The translations under genes and the position numbers were made by a program. From NCBI RefSeq assembly GCF_006345805.1, contig NC_043002.1, positions 3,410,001-3,474,000 of the forward strand: 64,000 nt of DNA, read 5' to 3'. The stretch is from Octopus sinensis (taxonomy: Eukaryota). Below, piece by piece: positions 59,701 to 64,000 of this stretch. Positions within the stretch are counted from its first letter, which is position 1. Every line of letters starts with the position of its first letter. Under the pieces are notes generated by a model that did not search any database, had not been told where the DNA came from, and was given only the letters and a program-made list of their open reading frames with translations.

Positions 59701-62466
59701 TGCCATGTGACAGGACTGAACCTAAAACTATGTGGTTGGAAAGCAAGCTGCATATGGCTCAAATGATGCTAAAAGATGTTGCACTCTGCTCTGAGTACAA
59801 TGCTTCTTGAAGCAGAAACAGCTGTAAGCTAATGAAAGTTATTATGTAACTCCCGTTCTTTTGTCAATCATACACGTGTGTGTACACACACACACACACA
59901 CAGACACACAGTTTCCATGTACCAGAATCCACTCAGAAGGCATTGGTTTGTCCCAAGTTTTATAGAAGACACTTCCTCGAGGTGTTCTACAGTGGAATTG
60001 AACCTGGAATTCTGTGGTTACAATGTAAACACAGTCACGCCTGTCCCCGTTTGCAGTGAGATCAATTTTACAACTGCTTTCTGCATTTGAAGCCGATACA
60101 CCTGGCATCCTTCCAAGCTGTTTTCTAACTGAACGCTTAGCTTTTGTTTTGCTATCTCCCTTCTGCTGTATACTGTTACATGTATCAAATGTTGTTGTAA
60201 GGTTTGCTGATGTTGAGCTGAGCTGTGTTATACAGAGAGGTTAGTCTGTACTCTTGATGTAGATATTTACAGGAGTGCTTCATTGTCTCGGTTTACAAAC
60301 ATCCTGTAGTTAACAATCAGAAACATGTTGTTTTATATCACACGTTTCAATATTAGGCATCTGTGGAGAGAAGATTGTCTAACACTCTACTTTCCTGTTA
60401 TTATTATTAGAGAGTTTAAAGCAGTGAGATGGCAGAGTGGTTAGCACACCAGGCGAAATGCTTAGTGGTATTTTGCCTGTCTTTACATTCTGAGTTCAAA
60501 TTCCGCAGAGGTGGATTTTGCCTTTCATCCATTTGGGATTGAGGAAATAAGTACCAGTTATATCACTGGGGTCGATGTAATCAACTTGCCTTCTCCCCCA
60601 AAATTCCAGGCCTTGTGCTTTCAATAGAAAGGATTATTATTAGAGTTTGTCACTCAATTTGTTACGGTGGTGGGCTGGCAGAGCCATTAGCATGCCAGGC
60701 AAAAATGCTTAGTGGCATTTTATCCATCTTTATGTCCTGAGTTCAAATGCTGCTGAGGTCGACTTCACCTTTCATCCTTTTGGGGTCAATAGAATAAGTA
60801 CCAGCTAACTAGCAGTTGTTTACATCAACCCCAATGCTCGACTAGGGCCTATTTTATTGCCCCTGAAAGGATAAAAGGAAAATTTAACTACAGCAGAATT
60901 TGAACTAAGATCTTAAGGTCGGAACATTGATTCTGTGTTTCAGGACATATTTACAGCAACCAAAAGAGTGTCTCGACACCAGTTAGTGCTTATGTCAGGA
61001 CAAGAACCAACAAACTCTTCTTGCTTTCTTTTCTACTACTCTTTCAACCCAGACATTTTCTTGGGATGGTGGTCAGTCATGTTCTTAGAACAATCTGGAT
61101 TCTTCTTCTTCTTCTTCTCTCAGCTGTTTTTAACAAATCTGCAAAACTGAAGCATTGAGCTGACTTAACATTGAAACTGATTTTGTAATTAAAATACTGT
61201 ATTATTTTGTTTCCTACTGTCTTGTCAAGTAATTTATTGAGCATTTTTAAAAAGGTTAAGGGAGCAGACCCCTACAGAAAATCTGGAGGGAAGGGACCGT
61301 GAAGCAGATATGGTTATACTAAACCAATATCTGGCATCCTCTGAGGCTGTGCAGATGCCACAAACATATTGACTTATTCTTTCATGACATTTTCATGAAT
61401 AGAGACATGGTCAGTGTACACAAGGCTAGGCACTTGCTTCTGGACTCAGCCCAGGCACAGCAGAGCAAATGCTTAACTTACTAGTCTCTCTAATACTACC
61501 AACCAAAATAGGAAAAAGTCAATCATTATTTTAATTGCAAGAATGGGGGAGGGGGGTTAAAAGAGAAAGTCCATATTTTATGTAAAATTTCTTTTTTTTC
61601 TTCTTAATTCTTTGCATTATTTCAACTTCTTCAAAAAATTTCAGTTCATTGAATGTATTTTCTAGAATTTGTGAAAATATTTAATGTAATGGAGATGTGT
61701 TTATTGACTTGTCTCTATTTCAGGTACATTCCAGAACATAGAGCATGTGTTTGTCGTCGGTGTTGCAGGTGGAGTTCCTTACTACACAGACTATTACAAA
61801 CACGTTCGTCTAGGGGATGTGGTGATATCTCGAGGGGAAGACAGAGATGTCATCTATTATTATTGTGAGAAAATCCTGAAAAACAAAAGTGGAGACTTGC
61901 AGTATCTTCACAAGACATTTGCTCCTAAAGATAGCAGTTTACAACAAACTGCAAGGAAGATTGTTGAGACCAGTAAAAATAATCCCGAATCCAAACCATG
62001 GGAACTCTATTTGGAGGAAGGTCAGAAATTATTGCAAGGTCAAGAAGTCCACTTTATGCGTCCCTCTTCCACTACTGACCGTCTTTATATGAATATTGGA
62101 GAAGACAACGTCATTGAAGTCGAACACCCACAACCACCAGAGGAGATTGCTTCCAATTTCGATCCAGACAAGCCGAGGGTTCATTACGGTGTCCTTGGTT
62201 CAGGCCGGCCTGTGGTCAAAAGCGATGCCATCCGGCTTGATTTTGCTGGGAAATATAACATCAAAGCTTTCGATACTGAATTTGATCAAGTTCTTGAGTC
62301 TATTATTGGCAATCGGAAAGACAGTTTCATGTTTATTCGTGGCATATCTGATTATACCGATGGCTCCAAGAACAAAGAATGGCAACCTTATGCCGCTCTT
62401 ACAGCTGCTGCTTTCATGAAAACAATTATAAAGGCCTTAACCAATCCTTTAGTAGATGATTTCTAA
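1857..62466 (+). CDS. Spliced gene, 5'-incomplete: micro-exon-encoded acidic/Pro-rich N-terminal region + winged-helix-like domain + nucleoside phosphorylase/nucleosidase (PNP_UDP_1-like) domain; about 560 aa within the window if all 20 exons are included
   Basis: 20 AG/GT-bounded exons join in one open frame ending at TAA 62464-62466. Core exons give GLPKIDNRPKDEILREKMLHILES...IAIITAMYYE...VVGVAGG...RLGDVVIS...IRGISDY...WQPYAALTAAAF. The core gene is secure; co-inclusion of the micro-exons is inferred from phase and strand, not from transcripts. Confidence 0.85.
3044..3521 (+). mobile_element. Composite element: tRNA-like SINE head (about 3283-3345) plus a 3' tail duplicated in inverted orientation at the 5' end (Penelope-like arrangement)
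   Basis: About 60-bp inverted repeat 3048-3108 vs 3428-3493; 17-bp direct repeat aaccttaatttatattt at 3027 and 3522; box A/B-like TGGTGTAGTGG and GAGTTTGATTCC. Confidence 0.65.
4155..4184 (+). CDS. Micro-exon 2 (30 nt, or 27 nt from 4158): (A)EECPLPDII
   Basis: ttccctttgtaTAG CAG tandem acceptor, G|GTATGT donor; paralogous to 4476-4505. Confidence 0.75.
4476..4505 (+). CDS. Micro-exon 3 (30 nt, or 27 nt from 4479): EDERPLPDVI
   Basis: Long T/C tract then tAAG AAG acceptor, G|GTGCGT donor; shares CTCCCTGAT-TYATTG with exon 2; TGCATG at 4537. Confidence 0.7.
5020..5295. repeat. Fold-back repeat (about 130-bp arms, short loop); the same family occurs singly at about 26075-26275
   Basis: 5041 ttgccaacataacatggcagtcctggtttagg... 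is reverse-complementary to ...cctaaaccaggactgccacgttttgttggcaa at 5247-5278; the right arm and its flank recur at 26088-26270. Confidence 0.85.
5396..5750 (+). mobile_element. tRNA-derived SINE, family A (other copies about 49112-49275+, 51857-52010+, 52221-52992+ split by a family C copy, 58652-58820+, 59440-59755-, 30805-30900-)
   Basis: Box A/B-like TGGCTCTGTGG and GGTTCAGTTCC head; shared body gcaagtgtcttctactatagc...ggaaactgaaagaagc; 3' ggtgctccagcatggcc. Confidence 0.85.
6222..6869. repeat. Near-perfect palindrome (about 230 bp paired per arm, 12-nt loop) with a minisatellite expansion in the left arm
   Basis: 6222-6409 is the reverse complement of about 6681-6869; 6591-6630 pairs with 6643-6682; 6410-6590 is an unpaired (A)n(TA/CA)nCAAGA(A/G)GA array. 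Confidence 0.95.
8172..8725. repeat. Interspersed repeat, unclassified (fragment also at about 50470-50555)
   Basis: cactaagggaca(a/t)gctcaa...gtcaa(a/g)caactgac...gtgg(t/a)attgagcagaatatttgct present at both sites. Confidence 0.7.
10508..10537 (+). CDS. Micro-exon 4 (30 nt): EEEIQTTYRK
   Basis: ttttatctttcattcAG acceptor, G|GTAGGT donor identical to most array exons; phase 1-1. Confidence 0.7.
10597..10810 (+). mobile_element. tRNA-derived SINE, family B (other copies about 8745-8930+, 9390-9590+, 36035-36230+, 49925-50140+, 55600-55795-, 60420-60635+, 60665-60810+)
   Basis: Recurrent gagctggcagaat...gaaatgcttag...ctgagttcaaatt...gactttgcctttcatcctttcggggtcgataaattaagtaccag. Confidence 0.85.
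11593..11622 (+). CDS. Micro-exon 5 (30 nt, Pro-type): AENLPPPSFM
   Basis: cttttgtcttataaAG acceptor, G|GTAGGT donor, LPPP motif, TGCATG at 11644. Confidence 0.8.
12181..12218. repeat. (TG)n microsatellite; others include (CA)n 2031-2059, 4030-4091 and 53585-53699, (TA)n about 17430-17465 and 34375-34410, (GA)n 46887-46928
   Basis: Read directly from the sequence. Confidence 0.95.
14593..14625 (+). CDS. Micro-exon 6 (33 nt, acidic type): VEEVVNDADIE
   Basis: tttctgttccAG acceptor shared with four paralogues; G|GTAGGT donor. Confidence 0.85.
14913..16181 (+). mobile_element. Full-length degenerate mariner (Tc1/mariner, DD34D) DNA transposon
   Basis: TA target duplications at 14911 and 16182. 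About 30-bp TIRs: TTGGGTCATCCCATAAATAAT left, ATTATTTATGGTATGACCCAA right. Transposase from ATG 15098 (MEVTKEHIRHIL) to about 16117 with GQ*VPHKL, TGDKKW, YQDNAWPH and HPPYSLDIAPSDYHLF (34 residues between the last two Asp). Disrupted by stops and frameshifts. Confidence 0.95.
16600..16860 (-). mobile_element. Highly degraded RTE-type LINE 3' fragment
   Basis: Minus-strand conceptual translation FSHIIRTQKL...GQQR*NWSDAIKN*IG resembles the RTE C-terminal FFGHIxR...GRQRxxWxDxIK pattern. Confidence 0.45.
17341..17367 (+). CDS. Micro-exon 7 (27 nt, Pro-type): EDLPPPVGV
   Basis: tttttgttttacattaatAG acceptor, G|GTAGGT donor; 27/27 nt identical to 23460-23486. Confidence 0.85.
17920..18330 (-). 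mobile_element. Degraded RTE-type LINE 3' fragment
   Basis: Minus strand: WAATKRIEH*LAVAQRAME...REHIQNE...KFCWAGHVAGFPDKRWTCAVAKWY...PPGSLPQW, matching the RTE post-RT region (WAGHVAR...RW...GRPP.RW). The + strand ORF 17807-18439 is its antisense shadow. Confidence 0.8.
18655..18693 (+). CDS. Micro-exon 8 (39 nt, acidic type): VEEVVSDVDVDVE
   Basis: gtttctgttccAG acceptor, G|GTAGGT donor; in-frame 6-nt GATGTT expansion relative to paralogues. Confidence 0.85.
19485..19511 (+). CDS. Micro-exon 9 (27 nt, Pro-type): EDLPPPIDE
   Basis: ttttattttacatgactAG acceptor, G|GTAGGT donor, TGCATG at 19533. Confidence 0.85.
22974..23003 (+). CDS. Micro-exon 10 (30 nt, acidic type): VEEVSDIDFD
   Basis: gtttctgttccAG acceptor, G|GTAGGT donor; in-frame 3-nt deletion relative to paralogues. 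Confidence 0.85.
23460..23486 (+). CDS. Micro-exon 11 (27 nt, Pro-type): EDLPPPVGV
   Basis: ttttgtttcactttaacAG acceptor, G|GTAGGT donor, TGCATG at 23508. Confidence 0.85.
23991..24023 (+). CDS. Micro-exon 12 (33 nt, acidic type): VEEVVSDIDPD
   Basis: gtttttgttccAG acceptor, G|GTAGGT donor. Confidence 0.85.
25791..25823 (+). CDS. Micro-exon 13 (33 nt, acidic type): AEEVISDTEID
   Basis: tttctgttccAG acceptor, G|GTACGT donor. Confidence 0.8.
26004..26045 (+). ncRNA. Minimal type I hammerhead-ribozyme-like motif (probably degenerate)
   Basis: TCTGTG-CTGATGA-a-GGG(aaataa)CCC-g-GAAA-tga-TA-CACAGA: perfect 6-bp stem I, both core boxes, 3-bp stem II, collapsed stem III. Confidence 0.45.
26487..26803. 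repeat. Diverged inverted repeat (about 110-bp arms, about 95-nt spacer)
   Basis: acctttaagcaatacagat...gatgtcaatgaataaagaca...atcactctatgt vs its reverse complement acatagagtgat...tgtctttatttattgacatc...atctgtattgtttaaaggt. Confidence 0.8.
28291..28397 (-). promoter_or_regulatory. Candidate antisense Pol II core promoter (CCAAT, palindromic E-box, TATA-like, Inr-like)
   Basis: CCAAT 28393; TGTCACGTGACA 28362-28373; minus-strand TATTTAAA 28325-28318; TCAGT repeats 28-32 nt downstream on the minus strand. Confidence 0.35.
29108..29483 (-). mobile_element. tRNA-derived SINE, family D (degenerate copy about 41625-41950)
   Basis: Minus strand begins GGAGGCGCAATGACCCAGTGGTTAGGGCAGCAGACTCGCGGTCATAGGATCGCGGTTTCGATTCCC (box A and box B). 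Confidence 0.85.
29997..30026 (+). CDS. Micro-exon 14 (30 nt, diverged Pro-type): EDKFSAPIIV
   Basis: ttttttttcttatcAG acceptor, AAGAC start like Pro-type exons, G|GTAGGT donor, GCATG at 30051. Confidence 0.75.
33770..34208 (-). mobile_element. SINE-like family C with (CAT/TGA)n tail and internal 60-66-nt tandem units. Strand convention: + when the catcat...aacgtccg end comes first. Other copies about 6925-7215+, 20431-20700+, 21040-21195-, 31565-31930-, 41380-41610-, 43955-44277-, 46945-47500-, 50720-50875+, 51198-51570+, 52404-52790+, 54735-55045+, 56905-57090+, 57650-57755-
   Basis: Shared core tttctacagctggatgcccttcctaacgccaaccactcc and end catcatcat...tttaacgtccgttttccatgctagcatgggttggacgg; it explains the recurring FLQLDALPNANHS pseudo-ORFs. 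Confidence 0.9.
37672..37686 (+). CDS. Micro-exon 15 (15 nt): GMTAD; contains an in-frame ATG (37674), a possible start of a 417-aa short isoform
   Basis: ctctttattctctaattaccatgcAG acceptor, consensus G|GTGAGT donor, phase 1-1, TGCATG at 37703. Confidence 0.75.
43312..43420 (+). CDS. Core exon (109 nt): GLPKIDNRPKDEILREKMLHILESAYPNILAVEDICR; start of winged-helix-like domain
   Basis: tttattttcAG acceptor, CG|GTGAGT donor, open frame, phase 1 to 2. Confidence 0.9.
45860..46400 (+). mobile_element. Degraded RTE-type LINE internal fragment
   Basis: With frameshifts: KWSCSACRK...RCTQ*KQWAHKR...FICSWCTKAI, LEIIDRF...GDQISSEG, LPLL...KVK...VMLHDSKMWAL (RTE consensus MLHGSETWAL). Confidence 0.75.
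47054..47385 (-). mobile_element. 5'-truncated RTE-type LINE with (TGA)n tail, nested in a SINE-like repeat
   Basis: ORF 47063-47383: QIYGKLPPVSSLVKGKRVQFAGHCCRAEKEVISTLLLWKP...RGRTLSYPDVISRNTG...DREVWR; tail tcatcatcatcat at 47054-47066 on the + strand. Confidence 0.85.
48053..48171 (+). CDS. Core exon (119 nt): ITAADEVMVREQLKELHTRNLVTEMEQGGFMRHVLDEKS
   Basis: gttaatttctAG acceptor in phase 2; AG|GTTACA donor (weak, but required for phase with the next exon); overlaps ORF 48039-48239. Confidence 0.85.
50254..50397 (+). CDS. Core exon (144 nt): EVQLVKQMPTIAANQQPTIAIITAMYYEKLAVDAMMENKTTYMKYKTE; first strand/helix of the PNP-like fold
   Basis: ttctcttgtAG acceptor, AG|GTCTGT donor; IAIITA-x-x-x-E motif typical of PNP_UDP_1 nucleosidases. 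Confidence 0.9.
56369..56494 (+). CDS. Core exon (126 nt): GESNVYTIGFIGEHKVVSTKLPAIGHARSAQISSGNTTTRLL
   Basis: tattgtttcAG acceptor, G|GTAAGG donor, phase 1-1, open frame. Confidence 0.9.
61724..62466 (+). CDS. Terminal coding exon (743 nt): GTFQNIEHVFVVGVAGG...DDF*; main body of the nucleoside phosphorylase-like domain
   Basis: gtctctatttcAG acceptor; in frame with the 239-aa ORF 61747-62466; motifs GVAGG, RLGDVVI, GVLGSG, IRGISDY, WQPYAALTAAA. Confidence 0.95.
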
Positions 62467-64000
62467 ACCATTTTTTTTTTTTTTTTTTTAGTTCTGTCTG
62501 CATGATTCCTTTTCCTTTTCCACTGACTCTCTTTTTAATCTTCTCCTAATTTTAAAATGCTCATTTTTTAATGCATTCCATCTTTCTAAAGTCTCCTTTG
62601 ATAATTTCCCTGATCCATGCAGCTCGTTAAGGAAAAACCTGACAAAATAAATCAAGTAGCTTTTCTATAATTATGGTCTGCTGTGCTAAATTTTCTTTAA
62701 ACAAAGTGTTGAGGAAAAAAAATACAATAAATATTTTTGAAGTTATTTTTTTCAAGATTTTTTTTTTCATTGAATTCAAGCTTGTTTCAATAAAATTTGG
62801 GAAATAATTTATATCTTGCTAAAATATTCCTAAATTTTCAATTTTGTTTATTTATCAACGCATTCTAAGTTTATGATTAAAGAGTTAATTTCATTTTTGA
62901 AGTAATTTTTTCCATTTATTTCTCCAGGTATGAGCTTATTTTTTAATTTTTTGTATCCACAAGAAGAAAAAAAACAGTTTAACACAGTTAAAACCTCAAT
63001 TGATTTAAGAAAACTATCAATATTCGTTTTTGTTAGTTTAACAAAATCTTTGGAAATGCAGTAATTTTTTTCATTATTGTTAAGCCTATCATTATCGTTA
63101 AGCCTATATGTTTTGCATAACTAATTTATGCTGTCTGTTGTTTTACTTATAAATTTCTTCCTAAACTGTGGCGCAGCTAAAAATTATAAAGTATTTGAGC
63201 AAATGGACATTTTCTGTTGCTATTAAAATACATCACACTCTCTCACACTTGTTATAATAAGTCTTCCATGCTGTGTGCCCTAAAACCAAGAAAAGGTTTC
63301 ATAATTTCCAATTTATTATCTTAAACGATGGCAACTTGGAGACAAAGTGAATATAAAATGACTTGTTGCTGGGATAATGAATTATAAGATATCAAATTGG
63401 TTCAATTTATATAATCTTTTTACCTTTTTAAAATAAAAATTCAATTAAATTGTAATCATGATGGTGATAATTCTCTCTCTTTAGATTTCAAGTATGTGTT
63501 GGTAGGCTGTGAAAGAATGTGACAAGAAACTCAGTTTTAACTGCTTTTAAATATATATATGCATATATACATAAATGTATATACACATATGTATGTATAT
63601 ATAAAACAAAATGAAATAACGAAGCCAAAAGAATATTGAATTTTGTTACCATTTTTTTTTGCTGCTGTTTTTTAAAAATTATAACAATATTTGTGAAAGC
63701 TTTTTTTAATTAATTAATGCTTGAAAAAGAAATCAAATATTTTTGTTAAGGAAGAGGGGGGTTGTACCTATTTGGAAATAATAGAAATAAAAAGAAATTT
63801 TCAATTTAGAATTATATAATATCTTCTGAAATGTATTTAGCAAGCTGCGCCAAAGATTGACACAAAGGAACTAATTCTGCCTAGGTGGTACCCACCTTTT
63901 CTTTTAGTCTCTAAAGTTGGTTCATTTTGGTAATTTAGACACCAATAAATATAATTTGTTTCAATTTCAGAACTTCTGTTTAATTTTGTTCCATAAATTT

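Noticed and set aside
62640-63950. Several AATAAA hexamers after the stop codon
   Set aside because: The region is extremely AT-rich; the true polyadenylation site cannot be chosen from sequence alone

Overview
AT-rich, repeat-dense eukaryotic DNA. The SINE-like families resemble those of octopus/coleoid cephalopods (inference from recalled repeat sequences, not a search). The window holds the 3' part of one large + strand spliced gene whose 5' end lies upstream of the window. Five conventional exons (43312-62466) splice in frame to encode a winged-helix-like domain followed by a nucleoside phosphorylase/nucleosidase (PNP_UDP_1-like) domain. Upstream of these I found, by hand, 15 micro-exons of 15-39 nt (1857-37686) that the ORF track misses. 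All are multiples of 3, phase 1-1, stop-free and end in G. They form two alternating paralogous families, acidic VEEV(V)SD-type and Pro-rich EDLPPP-type, generated by tandem duplication. Most Pro-rich exons carry a conserved downstream TGCATG (RBFOX-type) motif. The introns contain a degenerate full-length mariner, a piggyBac-type MITE, several RTE-type LINE fragments, many tRNA-derived SINEs, microsatellites, several fold-back/inverted repeats (one near-perfect, about 650 bp) and a hammerhead-like motif. Almost all ORFs in the supplied track are repeat or microsatellite noise. Repeat boundaries are approximate; exon boundaries were counted base by base.
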